This document shows, in pieces, positions 1 through 13,499 of a DNA stretch of 64,000 bases; position 1 is the stretch's first letter; the number at the start of each line of letters is the position of its first letter. The position numbers and the translations under genes are program-made. Source of the DNA: Narcine bancroftii (Eukaryota). The notes under the pieces were generated by a model. It worked only from the letters and a program-made list of their open reading frames with translations. It did not search any database and was not told the origin of the DNA. The stretch lies in the NCBI RefSeq assembly GCF_036971445.1, contig NC_091478.1, forward strand, positions 68,944,001 to 69,008,000, read 5' to 3'.

Positions 1-2619
1 GACCATTTCTAAAACCATTGCAAAAATCACAGACCAAACCTTGCTTTCAAATACAAATTTACAAGCAAATTAAATGCTTATTATTTAAATAGTTTTGGAT
101 AAGCTAATAAAAATTGTTAGGTTTCAGAATGCTCAAACACTTTCAAGCTTTCTACAATGATACCAGCAACTTGAATCTGTGTGAAACAAATGAAAATTGA
201 TTACATTTACATGAGAATCTGACATTTGTGCCATCTCCCACCTTTTATTGTAAGTTAATACAAATTATAACAATTCCTATAATGTTCTGAAGCACAGTTA
301 GTGGAATGAAAGTCTTCGGAGTACACACATTACTGTGTGGACGATAATTTGAAATTTAATACTATTGATATTAGTTTTGATACAGGTATTGATCAAATCC
401 TACAACCAGAAAAGAGCACTTAATTTAATAACTGTTCACAACATCCATGAACACATTGTTAAAGCTACATTGTGAAATTTGGACTGAAAGGTATCACTAT
501 CTGAATATTTGCGATATTAGCTGGGTAACAGCATGCATGACAAAAAATTCTACTTTTAAATAAAACCATGAATGCTCAGCAGTATACTTTTACACTTTGT
601 CATAATGGTAGTAAAACATCCTGGGATGTGGTTGATTGAATGCATGCCTGCAATGGGCTGTGTGTGCATCTAATGCAAAGAGTATGACCGATGATGGAAG
701 TCCAAAACTGAAACAAAAAGTATTGAAAGTGATCAGCAAGTCAGGCACCATCTATGGAATATTAATAATCTGACCAAATATCGACATGAAAGGAATCAAA
801 ACATGCTGGAAAATGTGAGCAGGTCAGGCTACAAATGTGGAGCTTTTAGGCCGATGATCTTTCATCTGGTTCTGCCTGACCTGCTGAGGATTTTATGCGT
901 TTCCTTTTTATTTACGGTTTCCAGCATCTTCAGTATTTTCTTTTTAAAATTTGTTTTTCTCCTCACAAAAGCTGCCTGACCTGGTAGTTCTTTCCATCTT
1001 TTTTTCTAAATTTTATTTCAATGAAATACAATCATTTCAATTGAAGATTAATTACAATCACAACAGTGTTTAAATTTACACTTAAACCACTGCTAATATT
1101 TGAAGACAGAAAATGTGTAAATCTGAGAAGATACTAATAGAATTCAGTTCTTGAAGTGATAACAGTGAGTAAAAAGCACAAATCTCAAACTTTGAGGAAC
1201 AAATACTAAGGCTGTTGGTCAACTGAAAAAACTAATGTTTGTATCAAATAAAAAATATTTATTCCTTCCTCTCCATCATAAGATATGTTACATTGTCTGC
1301 ATATATAGGTTGTCTCAGCCAATCACATTCCACAAGAATTGCAATAATTTAACCCTACTGCACTGAAGAAAGTATCAAGTTGATCAATATATTTTAATCT
1401 ATTTCACTTCTATGATTTACATAATTTTCCTTCTATCAACCTGCACAGACAAGTTTAAAAACTACAAAAATTAAAACCTGTCAGCATTCCTTCTGAGAAA
1501 CTTTAACCCAAAAATTAGTGTAGTGTTTTTATATTTTTTGCACTTAAAAAAACTCACGATTTACCAAGGTAAAAAAGTTTTACAAAGGGAACAAATGTAA
1601 TAAATTGCCTGTTATGATTCATTAGTTGATTCACTTAAACTGTTTTGAAAAGCTACATTTAATTCTTAGACCAAAGTTTAATGTTATAAATGTATGCATA
1701 AAACATTCTAAACAATACAAAATTTACTGCAAATGTCAGTAAACAATATAAACTTTGTATGGTTAGTTCGAGAATTCAGCAAGGTTCTCATCAAAATGGA
1801 CATTTAACTTCAAATGTGAATGCCAACCATCCTAACAAACTGGTCCCGACAGAAGGATGTATCAAAATTCCCAATATAGCGGGTTTAATAGGATTATCTC
1901 TTTATCAAATAGGCTGAAAGGAAACTTCCATGCATTAAAAATTTCCAGTAGCACAAACATGAACAACATTTGTCAAACATTAAAATACATTATACAGCCA
2001 AAAGAATGTTAAGGAGGTAAAACTTATCAAATGTACCAATTTGCACATTTCATAATTTGATAAAAATGGACTAGCATAAAAAGGACTTTCTGTACACCTC
2101 AATGTAAATAACATGAAAAAAGAAAATGCACCATTCCAGGCAACAAGTTGCAAAACAAATTAAAATGCCCTTTTGTCTTAACTAGATTGTATCTTATTGG
2201 GAGGGGTCTCTAAAATTTTTTGTTGTTGAAATAAAGTAATTTTGAAAAACTGTTACAAACGAAAATAATGTAAAGTTAAATTGGAATTTTATTTTGAAAT
2301 CTGACAAAAAAATGATAGTCAGAATTGACTGTATATCAGTAATAGCTAATAGCTTCTAAAATATTATATTGCTTTTGCTCCAAGTGAACAATACAAATAA
2401 TGTTTCTGATGTTGACATCAGGGATTTTTTTAATGTGGGATTTGGTTACAGCAGTTTTTTTTTAAACTTTTGCACCCAGTGGTAGTTTACACAAGAACTG
2501 AAAGTTACTAGACCATTAAAAAAGCTTAAATCTTTGACTTTGGTATAATTCCTGAACTTTTCCATTTCCCTTTTATTTCTTCCCCATGTCAGTTTTTAGC
2601 ACATGCAATTCCCATATAA

Positions 2620-2835
2620 ATTTTATTTAAAAAAAATCAGAAATGCAACATGGTAACAGACCCATGAGCCCATGCCCCTACACTCCCGTACGTTTTGAAA
2701 GGTAGGAGGAACCCGAAGAAAACCCATGCAGACACAGGGAGAACTTACAACCTCTTTACAGACAACACTGGATTCGAAGCAGGTCGCTGGCAATGTAATA
2801 GTGCCACACTAACCGCTATGCTAACCGTGCTGTCC
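2620..2835 (-). mobile_element. Same SINE family, in the ATXN1L 3' region
   Basis: Reverse-complement similarity to 60553-60795. Confidence 0.65.
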
Positions 2836-5690
2836 AATTGGAAATACCTTTGGGATAAATGCTATATGATCTGGGCAGTCATTTATTCCAGTGACATAAC
2901 TAAAATTAGAACTTTATCAAAAGTGGTGCCAAATATCACAGTTGGCAAAGGCTTTCATTCTTCATAAGCAAAAATACTCAATTACTAATGTCTCATCAAT
3001 GTGCCACATCTTGGATTTAAAGATTTGCTCCCAAAATACTGCAACCATTCACATATGTAAATACCTTTGAATAAATCTGGGTGCTAAAACATTCATGGTT
3101 CAGATTATGTTGCGAAATAACTTGGTTAAACTGGGAGTGTGGAAGATGGAATAGCAGGGCAGGTTAAGATTACTGGAAATGCAGAGTTAATTTAAAATGC
3201 AAAAGATAACTCTGGTATGTCCAATATGTTGTGCAAATATTCATGATTTTTCACAGCTACCTGTATGAAGTTTTAGAAGTCCAATCTTCAGTTGTTGAAC
3301 ACACTCCATTTCTGATGCCACAAGTACAAGTTTCACAAAATGAATAATATAACCACATTTAACCAGATAAACATGAACATTATTGTGCATAGGTATCTCA
3401 ATATTATATTTAGAAATCTGTTATGAAATGCATACTGAACTATGATAAGTTTCTCTTGAGTAAATTTAAGATAAACTGTTGTTAGTTGAAAGTCTCAAGA
3501 GATTACTTTTTAAATTGAAACTCAAAGTGCATAAACACATGTTAATGTCATGCAAGAATATCATGGGTATGTACAGCGACACAAAGTACACAGGGCAGTT
3601 CAATTAATAAGCTGATAAGGAATGACTCATGGCATCAGCACTGTCAATTATATTTAAAAAGTGCTAGGTGACAAATACGTAATACAAAATATAGGCAAAC
3701 TACGGTAAATAAAACATTTTAGCACTAGCTCTACTTCTAATAGTCTTTTCACCTTCATAAATGTGTCATTAGTCTTAAACTTAAGAGATCTTAATTGGCA
3801 ACAGGACAAACTAATTTTCCTAGTAGTGCACCAACTGTTCTCAGAAATAGAATACTCCAAAACCCCTCAGACACTTTTCATTGTTTCCTCAATATTTCTT
3901 CATCCGTCATTTCAAAAATAAAATTATTTTACAGTTTATCTCTTAATTGCAAATTCCTACTTTGTTTTTCCAATGGTAGCAACCTATAAATAGTAATGAC
4001 CAAAACAATAAAGTTTATCCTTACCACAACTGAATTTCAGCCAATTGGTTCAGCTGATTTATCCAAAGACCATAACAAATTTGTGTACGTTTTTAAAAAA
4101 GAACATGAAACAGAACTAGGCATCAAAAAGTCTAAAATTAAAAACTTGTATCTATAGAACTTGAGCATCATGTAGCAAGGAAAGCAATATACAAGGAGCA
4201 CACTACAGGATAATTTAATTAGTTTTTCTTTATCTAATCACTACTACATATATCAAAGGTAGGAAAGATTATATTAGTCTATATTTTGCATAAGTCCTTA
4301 TAAAATCTGCCATGTGGAGCAACATCATACACCCAATTCCTTTTCGCATGCAATTATCTCTCACTTTAGCCCACTTTTCATTTCTGTTCAAACAACTTAA
4401 TTAAACTACTGCTGCATCCCAAGAATATTTGACTCAATGGAATTTAAATGCAGGATCACAACATGAAGCCACTCCAGCAATCTGACTTTTCAGGAAGTCG
4501 TTTTAATCAGCAGAAAAATAATGCACAGCCCGATTATTCAGCTTTTGGTCTCTCACTGCTCACTTACAAACTTTTCACCTTCTCCATTTAGGCTGTAATT
4601 CTGACTCAATACAAAAACACACAAACACCTTAAAACACAGTAGTTTATAGTTTGCTCATCTTTAAAACTTGCAAAATTATGTCCTTAATATTTACCTTTC
4701 TGATGTTTATGTATCATAAACATTTAAATTACTTTAAATATCTTAAATTTAAGAATAAGAAAATCAATACATTATTTCACCACACGTGTTCAAAACAGAT
4801 TAGATAGGTCAATGTCCTGTCTTGTGAAAATTTAAATTTGTCCATTGGACTTCCATGAAAACTGGACCACACACAGCCTACCTTTTGCTCACTCACTTAA
4901 ATAACCAGGAAACACTTCACTATAAAGAATACAATGGGCTTTTCTGGGTTTCAACCCAAAAATTCATATCCCGATGGAACATATTCATCATTGAATAAGA
5001 AAAATGTATTGAGGCAAATTTCTAGGAAAACTAAGCCGAACAATAAATACAAGATCAGACATCATGTAAGTGTGGACTTTATCACTTCCCACCTGAATTT
5101 TGCTAACCAGCACTCTTTTCATCATTCCCTGGTTTCTGCAATTATGATTGTGCTTTCCCAAATCTCTGCCTACCACCCAAATAATCCCCCATCTTGATAT
5201 GTACATGAACAATTTTCTTGAAGTGGTAACATCAAATTACTGACAGAAATTAGGTAAGATTAAATTGGCTTTGTTGTGAATGAAGTAAAAATCACAATTT
5301 CTCAATTGGGAAAATGAAAATTAATTTCTATTATTTAATATATTTCAAGCATATATCCAAATTTTTACTGCATTCTTTTATACAGGATCACCAAATGCAG
5401 AGAAAACATGCACAGCATGGAACATAATTACAGAATTTACGGGGGGCATCTTTTAAGTTGTAAAAGGCTTGCGGAATCAGATCAACTCAACTGTTCTTTA
5501 AAAATGAGCTGCTCGAACTTTCTCATTATTTAAAAAAAAAATCCTGTCACACACTCCATTGCTGTTAGGCCTCAAAGGCATTTCCAAGCTTCTAAATTAT
5601 TTGCATAAAATTTTAAGGACATTTCAATACATTAATATAACTGCTCAACACTATCTTAGGTGGTGTGAAACTATCAGAGTTTTCATACAG

Positions 5691-6191
5691 TTACTTTCCA
5701 GCGTTTGAACGTCCTTCTATTGAAAGCTTGACCTCCTGTGATATGAAGGATGGTCGGGTAGAAATTTTTGTTTCATCTGACTGAAAATTATCTCTTTGGA
5801 ATACCGGGGAGGACCAGTGACACTGGTAATTTGGGTGGCTGGAAACACCGGTGGTTTCAGAATCCGTGTGCAAATGCTGCATGACAGAGTCTTGAGAATA
5901 ATTTCTAATCTCCGAGTTTCTATTAACGTGGGTTGAAACCTCTGGAGGAGTTAAAACAACCTCAGATGTTACAGCGGTCCTTGACTCAAAAGTTGAAATG
6001 GCATTGATTGAAGATGTTGGCTGGATGGAGCTCCTGCCAGCGGTTTGCGCGCTGAGTGATACACAGGTATTACCCACTGTAAGCCTTTGACATGAAAGTC
6101 CAAAGAGGTGTGCAGTACGTTGTGGGTTACAAGAGGACCAACCCTGGCCAAATACAAAGAATGGGTGTTCTGGAGGGACCTCTACACTCAC
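5691..6191 (-). CDS. ATXN1L: Ataxin-1-like, coding exon 2 (rest of AXH domain and C-terminus)
   Basis: Acceptor CTGTAG| at 6192/6191, phase 0. Reads VSVEVPPEHPFFVFGQGWSSC and ends RPSFISQEVKLSIEGRSNAGK*. VPPEHPFF and SNAGK match ATXN1L rather than ATXN1. Confidence 0.93.
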   Translation of the reverse strand: MSVEVPPEHPFFVFGQGWSSCNPQRTAHLFGLSCQRLTVGNTCVSLSAQTAGRSSIQPTSSINAISTFESRTAVTSEVVLTPPEVSTHVNRNSEIRNYSQDSVMQHLHTDSETTGVSSHPNYQCHWSSPVFQRDNFQSDETKISTRPSFISQEVKLSIEGRSNAGK

Positions 6192-6769
6192 CTACAGCAC
6201 AGGAGAAAAATCACAATGTTTCACTCCCTTATCCATTCAAGAAATAAAATAAATTGTATTTCCCCCGGTTAACCACGCACATTTCATTTTTACTCTTACA
6301 AGCCTTCCTTCATTAGTCAAGCTGCATTTCATAAGTGTTGTAAACAATAAAAGGTAAACTATAATGACTCACCCATTCTATGGGGTGAAATATTTACCTG
6401 GAGTCTCTGTATTGTATAGCTTATCGTCCCAAACTCACTATCCTTAATAATTAGAAGGACAAAAGCAGGATAACTATGTTTTGCATTGCTACTCAGTCGA
6501 CTGTTAATTGTGTCTTGGAATATGTCATGAATTTAAATTCTGAAATTCCCTACCAGACAGGACTGTGACAGTGTCTTCACTAGACAAGTCCCCTTATTTA
6601 AAGGAGTCACCTCATCATTGCTTTCTTAGTAATGCATTGTCAATAAATGATAGCTTTGCATGCAATGTACATGTCCCATTAAATGTAAATGGTTTAGCTT
6701 GGTAACTTCCTTTTAAATTAATATATGTCTATAATTAAGGAGATTATTAATAACATACTGTGGACTCAC

Positions 6770-8533
6770 CTTTGATTTAGGTTCTCCTACAGAGAAATGG
6801 AGGGTGATGTAGCCGGCTCGCTGGCTCTCCTCGAGGTCAATCAGTGTGCTGGAGTCAATTTTTAACCCAGTGCTAATTTCTGCGCTATGCACAAAGTCCT
6901 GTGCTTGCAAGTCTTCTATACGCTTCAGCTCCCCATTCGCTAACTGGATGATGGCGCCTTTCATAAAGTGTGAAGGAATATGAGCAGCTGGGGCCTGCTG
7001 GACAAGGACAGGCTGAATAACTGGCACAGTGGGCTGTGATGCTGGAAGTGGGACCACTGTGCAAACACTTGACTGGGCATCAAGAGGCTTTTGAATTTTG
7101 GATTCTGTTGTGACAGAAGCAGCATTAACCAAGGAATTTGCAAGAACAGGAGCATCAACAGGCATTAAAACTGGCTGCCCATTGGCTAATACCACTGTTT
7201 TATGCAAGGGCCCAGGTTGGTCATCCAGCATTTGCCTTTTGAGTCCTGATGTAACATACTGTTGAGCAGGCAGATATGGAGATTTTGGTAATTCTTCACT
7301 GGAACAAAACTCTACAATGTTCTTACTTGGAATGATTTGCAAGTGACGTTTTAAATGCTCTTGACTTCTGACTGAATTCTGTGAAGTTTTCACACTGTTT
7401 AAGACTTCTTTTCTAACAACTACAGGACCCAGAGGTCCTTGAGCACCCAAACTGCCAACTACTTGCTGAACTTCGAGGTCTGTGTCTGGTGTACTCCTTT
7501 GTGCTGGAGAGATAACATCATTCCTTGGTTCTCTATGAGAAAGAAAGTTGGCACTGCCTTTAACTTTCTCATTTGGCGAGGAAGATAAATGTGATTCTTT
7601 CACACCAACATTATGGGGTGCCTGAAGTTCTATAAATCTTTCTTTTCGGGACCGTTTCTCAAAACTTTGATGGTTTGAACCTCCTTCTTCTCGATTTGTT
7701 GAGACTTCTAATATAGTTTCAGCAATTTCTTTGTCTTTTGCCACCTGGAAACTATACCTACTGTCTTGAGAGATATCTGGACTCAGTGCTGCTGTAGTAT
7801 ATGATGCATATGATGGCGTTAATAGCGACGGTTGAAAATTAACCCTACCATGGGCCATACCTTGCGATAAGTCTGCTGTAGATAGGCGAGCCAGTTGTCC
7901 TTGTGGAGTCAAATTTTGTATAGGAGAACCAGTGGCCTTACTATATGTTTCTATAGGAGAAGTTGCCTGTGGAGGAGGAGTAACAGCTTCAGCCATCATG
8001 GAAGGATACGAGACAAGATGGGAAAAATGAGAGGTGGGAACACCCATGGTTGAAGAAATTAGTGGATTTGCCAGAATCCCATGAGATACATATGGTATTG
8101 TATATGGAGCTCCTACAAACTGCAGTGAACCATGGGGTAGCTGGGTGTAATGAACAGGCATATATGGAACCCCATGGTGCTGTAGAAGTGGAGATGCAAT
8201 GCTGTAACCTGGTGAGAGATGCCCCATGTTCACCAATGAATTTTGAGCATTTAATGAATAGCCTGCAGGTGGTACAGCCAGTTTGTACATCATACTATAC
8301 TGATCCACTGCAACTCCAGGTGAGCTTTCACCATTGTCACCTCTGACTCCATACCTCAGTGTTGTTTGATTCTCTTCAGCAGCACGTTTTGACCAATCAG
8401 CATCACTCACAGTGGTAGTATTGGTTGGCAAAGTATTATTTTTTAAGACCTCCTCACCTCCAGTGTTATTCTGTAGAAGTTCTCTTTTCTTTGGCGGCAG
8501 GCATTCTTGATTTCGTTCATAAGCAGGTTTCAT
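6770..8533 (-). CDS. ATXN1L: Ataxin-1-like, coding exon 1 (588 codons, includes N-terminal part of the AXH domain)
   Basis: ATG at 8533 gives MKPAYERNQECLPPKKRE (ATXN1/1L N-terminus). Contains STPDTDLEVQQ and AXH PSHFMKGAIIQLANGELKRIEDL. Ends at donor AAG|GTGAGT (6770/6769). Upstream acceptor TTTCTCCATTGACTGATTAG| at 8637/8636. Confidence 0.93.
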
Positions 8534-8844
8534 ATTGTACTCTGGAGTGTAACTTTTTCTATAAATATCACTGAGGAACTCAGCAGGGAAACAAAGATAT
8601 CCTGGAGCTCTCCTCAAACCACTTGCTGACAGCAGCCTAATCAGTCAATGGAGAAAAAGAAAGTAAGCAAATGACAACAAAACCACCAAAGGAAAAATAG
8701 CTCATATAAAAAAAAATTCTCAAATTTAATTCAATGTTTTTCAATTTTTTTTCATTCAACATTATCACTGAGAAATCAATAAAATGAGAAACAATGCTTC
8801 AGTAAGCAGTCAATACAAGTCTTTTTCCAAATTTACTATATTAT

Positions 8845-9005
8845 AAATTTTGTAAATTGAGTCATACAGCACAATAACAGGCCCTTCCGGCCCACAAGCC
8901 CCTGTCCCCTAAATACACCAATCAAAATGGTGGGAAGAAACCAGAGTGCCCGAGTCGCTGGCATTGTAATAGTGTCGTGCTAACTGCTACACTAACCGTT
9001 CCGCT
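8845..9005 (-). mobile_element. Same SINE family, partly deleted
   Basis: Shared head (GCATTGTAATAGTG..GCTAAC) and tail. Confidence 0.6.
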
Positions 9006-10226
9006 CAAATAAGCCATAGCTTCCATCCCTCAGAATATCTTTTCAGGCTTTGGCCATATGGCCCTTCAGGCCTGCTCCACTCTTTGATAAGATCAAGGCT
9101 GAACTGAGTAAAAAGTCTCTTCTGAATTTTAAGTGACCAGTCTTTGTTCTACACTGCTTGCTATCTCCCTTCCCACTGTGGTCTCGAAGCAGACTTCCAT
9201 CCCAAAACAATACTCCCCATGAATGCTACCTGACCTGCTGAGTCCCTCAAGCCTCTCATTGTTTGCTCCAACTTCCAGTGTCTAAAGTTCTTGTGTTAAT
9301 CTAGTGATACACCTTTGCAGTTTCTTCAAGGTATTTCCTTCTTTTAGGGAGCGACAACATCAGATATAGCTGAAAATAATCCAAAAAAAGTTCCTTACTT
9401 TTCTACTTTTTAAATCCATTGCAATATAGGTTCCTTCAAACTAAAATAATTCTTAAAAGTCAAATACAACCAGCAGGAAGGCGGAAATTAAAATAGGGAA
9501 CATGGGAAAATATCTGAAGAGAAACAGTCCAAAATTTAGAATTCACACCAGTTTTGTTTTGATGAAAGGCTTGGATTTGAACCTACACACTTCTGGACAT
9601 TGGCAATCACACTTTAGACCAGAGGGAAAAAGAATATGAATAAAGAAGTTTCTGAAGGTTGCAAAGAGTTTAATCTGTCCTCTCTTTTTGGCCTGCAATC
9701 TTCAAGAGAGTTCAGATTGGAAATTAAATTGGAAGTTAACAGGATGCCACAGGTCACACATGCAGTTAGTGAATGCCCTTTTTCCATCACCTCCAACCCT
9801 ACATTTTGTTTTTGGCTGAATCTCTCTTTTTCTAAGTCAGAACATTGAGACACTTTGAAAGGAACTTGCAGTTGATAGCATTCCCATGTACCCGAGACCT
9901 TTGTCCTTTCAGGTAGTAGAGTAACAGGCTGGGGAGTTAATGTTAAAGAAAAGACAATGGAGTCTGCTGGACTGGAAAAAATCAGCAGATTGAGCAGCAA
10001 ATGCAGAGATAAGAGGTGTAAGTAAATGTTTTGGGTTGAGACTATGCATCAGGACTGGAAATGGATTCTTCGCCCACACCTCTGCGTCGCTAGTCCAAGA
10101 ATTTCACAACGGTGCTATCCTCACTATACCATTCAATGAGTTACAAATTCAAAAAGACCACGGTCAGTCCTGGTACCATATATCATGCTCTTCAGTGTAA
10201 TTTGACAAACACTAAATACAAGAGCA

Positions 10227-11357
10227 TCAGATTGAAGAGACTGCCATCCGTGCAATGAAGACGCTGTTTACATCCGGTACCGCACGGATGGCAGTCTCTT
10301 CAATCTGAGGCGCCTGCAAGCTCACACCAAGACACAAGAGAAACTTGTCCGTGAACTACTCTTTGCAGACGATGCCGCTTTAGTTGCCCATTCAGAGCCA
10401 GCTCTTCAGCGCTTGACGTCCTGCTTTGCGGAAACTGCCAAAATGTTTGGCCTGGAAGTCAGCCTGAAGAAAACTGAGGTCCTCCATCAGCCAGCTCCTC
10501 ACCATGACTACCAGCCCCCCCACATCTCCATCGGGCACACAAAACTCAAAACGGTCAACCAGTTTACCTATCTCGGCTGCACCATTTCATCAGATGCAAG
10601 GATCGACAATGAGATAGACAACAGACTCGCCAAGGCAAATAGCGCCTTTGGAAGACTACACAAAAGAGTCTGGAAAAACAACCAACTGAAAAACCTCACA
10701 AAGATAAGGGTATACAGAGCCGTTGTCATACCCACACTCCTGTTCGGCTCCGAATCATGGGTCCTCTACCGGCATCACCTACGGCTCCTAGAACGCTTCC
10801 ACCAGCGTTGTCTCCGCTCCATCCTCAACATCCATTGGAGCGCTTTCATCCCTAACGTCGAAGTACTCGAGATGGCAGAGGTCGACAGCATCGAGTTCAC
10901 GCTGTTGAAGATCCAGCTGCGCTGGATGGGTCACGTCTCCAGAATGGAGGACCATCGCCTTCCCAAGATCGTGTTATATGGCGAGCTCTCCACTGGCCAC
11001 CGTGACAGAGGTGCACCAAAGAAAAGGTACAAGGACTGCCTAAAGAAATCTCTTGGTGCCTGCCACATTGACCACCGCCAGTGGGCTGATATCGCCTCAA
11101 ACCGTGCATCTTGGCGCCTCACAGTTTGGCGGGCAGCAACCTCCTTTGAAGAAGACCGCAGAGCCCACCTCACTGACAAAAGGCAAAGGAGGAAAAACCC
11201 AACACCCAACCCCAACCAACCAATTTTCCCTTGCAACCGCTGCAATCGTGTCTGCCTGTCCCGCATCGGACTTGTCAGCCACAAACGAGCCTGCAGCTGA
11301 CGTGGACTTTTTACCCCCTCCATAAATCTTCGTCCGCGAAGCCAAACCAAGCCAAAG
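10227..11357 (+). mobile_element. RTE-clade LINE, 5'-truncated (subfamily A), with a 27-bp 5' inverted piece
   Basis: RT motif ELLFADDAAL and open frame to the C2H2-like CNRCNRVCLSRIGLVSHKRAC end. GCCAA/GAAA tail. 13-bp TSD AAATACAAGAGCA (10214-10226 and 11358-11370). Confidence 0.93.
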
Positions 11358-11544
11358 AAATACAAGAGCAATGGTATCTTGAGGAAATTAGGTGATATTG
11401 CAAATCATTTGTTGCTTATTTAAATTTCAGGAGTTCTGTAAAATAAATCTTTTTGGGCTTGTGCATTAAACTATATGCACGAAATTTCAGTTTTGTTTTT
11501 AACCTTTTCTAGACCATCAGAACTTAGAAAGGTACTAGTTTTTT

Positions 11545-11790
11545 TTATATTTAAATTTAGGTATACTGAATGGTAACAGGACCTTCCAGCCCACAAGCCT
11601 GTGCCACCCAAATACCCCAATTAACCTACAACCACTATATTTTTGGAAGGGCAAGGGGTGGGAGGAAACAGGAGCACCTGGAGGAAACCCACACATACAC
11701 GAGGAGAATGTACAAACAGACAGCATCAGATTCAAACCCAAGTCACTGGCACTGTAATAGTGTGCTAACTGCTACACTAATCGTGCTGCA
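11545..11790 (-). mobile_element. Same SINE family
   Basis: GGAAACAGGAGCACCTGGAGGAAACCCAC core, B-box GATTCAAACCC. Confidence 0.65.
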
Positions 11791-12055
11791 TTGCTATAAC
11801 AGCTGTACATCCTACAGATGAGAAGATTTATGAGATTGTAAATATGGTGCACCTTGAAGTGCCAGTGTTGTTAAAAGTGAAATAAGCACCAAAGAGGAAC
11901 TTAGTTTTAAGATTTTAAAAATCGCATTACCATAATAGAATTATATATTTCAAATTAAACCTATTTTACATTATTTTCAACAGAACATAAAACTTGCAAG
12001 TAAATGATGTCTTTCAAATAGTTAAAATATCACAAAATGGTTTATGAGCATTCTC

Positions 12056-12767
12056 TTTCTTTTGAATACTTTTTTTGTTTTTCGTCAATAAACAAAGAAA
12101 CATCACAGACTGCTTCAGGATGTAGATATCCTCCAACAATCTACATACATGTGATGTTTCCCCCTCCCTTTTAATCGGGGTGTGACTACAGCTGTGCTCC
12201 CGTGTACATCAGATATGGCTGCCATATTTTAACAAAGGTACTATGTCGGTTTCTAAGAGGGTATGTGATTTTATTCCCCCCCCCCCCCACCATGTGAATA
12301 CAGCTGTGCACCTCTGTTGTCCACCAATTGATAAGAGGGGAGTCAGACTTCCAGGTCATCACTTTGCATTTTTTGCTATAGGATAAAGCAAATGTTCAGT
12401 CCAGCAGAAAGGCTACTTTTGTTAACCTGGTTAGAATATTGGCCAAATCCTGCCAAAATGGGCCCACCTTTGCACAGGACCAGGCTACGTGAACAAACAT
12501 TCCCAACTCCACTCCACACCTGCAACACGTCTCCAGCACCTCTGGTTTTGCCTTGTGAATCTTTTGTGGTGTGAGGTACAGCTGGTGTAGAAAGTTGTAT
12601 TGAACCAGTCTGTATCTAGAATTAATCACTGTTGTCACACTGTCTCAACACCAGTCTGATCAGCATCTCTCATCGATTGTGATGCCAGAGTCTGACTCCC
12701 ATCTCTCTCTTGATCTGTGTAGCCCTTGCTTGGGGCTTACACCTTGGAGTACTGAGTACATTCTCGA
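12056..12767 (-). mobile_element. L1-clade LINE 3' fragment
   Basis: ORF2 C-terminal QYNFLHQLYLTP..CCRC..HVAWSCAKVGPFW motif, decayed poly(A), 16-bp TSD GTTTATGAGCATTCTC (12040-12055 and 12768-12783). Confidence 0.85.
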
Positions 12768-13301
12768 GTTTATGAGCATTCTCAATCAAAATTTGTCTTT
12801 GCTAATATCTCCTATGTGGCAGTGAGATGACCAAAAGTTTAATCAAAGAGGTATGCCTTCAAGCAGCATCTTGCACAGAGGAAATGCCATAGTGCTTGCT
12901 TGGGGTCTCGGAATGAAGATTCAGCTGCATAGGCTGCAATGATTAAATTTGGGGAAGATCATGTGACTAGAATTAATATTTCAGATAGCTCACATTTAAA
13001 ACCATATTGGAGAGGTGTGCAGGGTAGAACACTGGAGGGCTTTGAAAATTAAGATGAGAAAAATAAAATCAAGGTAGAAATCTTGTCTGAAACTAATTTC
13101 TGGATCAAAGGGGTAGCAAGTTAGAGTTGTCCAGAAGGAGAGGATTGAGGTTATAATGTTTTATATATTTGTATGCCATTAAGTGGAAAACGAATGCCTG
13201 ATGTCAGTTAAGCTTACAAACACCTAATATCATCAGAGGTACAATATAAGTAGACAATTTAACCCACAAACCCACATAGTGCCTAGATGGTTATGCCTTA
13301 C

Positions 13302-13403
13302 CTGTGAGAGTGTCCGAGACCATCGAGTGCCCAAAGCGCAGAAATATCGTGTTTCCCACCTCTGGCATCTTTCACCTTGAGCACAAAAATATCAATAACA
13401 GTT
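13302..13403 (-). other. ATXN1L: Candidate non-coding 5'UTR exon of ATXN1L (102 nt)
   Basis: Unique non-repeat sequence bounded by acceptor TCATTTATTTCAG| (13404) and donor CAG|GTAAGG (13302/13301). No transcript evidence available. Confidence 0.45.
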
Positions 13404-13499
13404 CTGAAATAAATGATATGCAACTGTATTTTCAAATGTTCCTTCTTTAATTTCAGTTTTATATTACATTTTATTAACAGTATGAATCACTTCACATCC

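Noticed and set aside
6713-8617. 634-aa ORF taken as the complete ATXN1L protein
   Set aside because: It begins at a non-ATG codon in the 5'UTR and runs into the intron. The conserved start is 8533 and splicing occurs at 6770.
10897-11371. Recurrent alternate-frame and antisense ORFs (MVPATLTTASG.., MHGLRRYQPTGG..)
   Set aside because: They recur only because the RTE copies are near-identical; there is no independent sign of coding.
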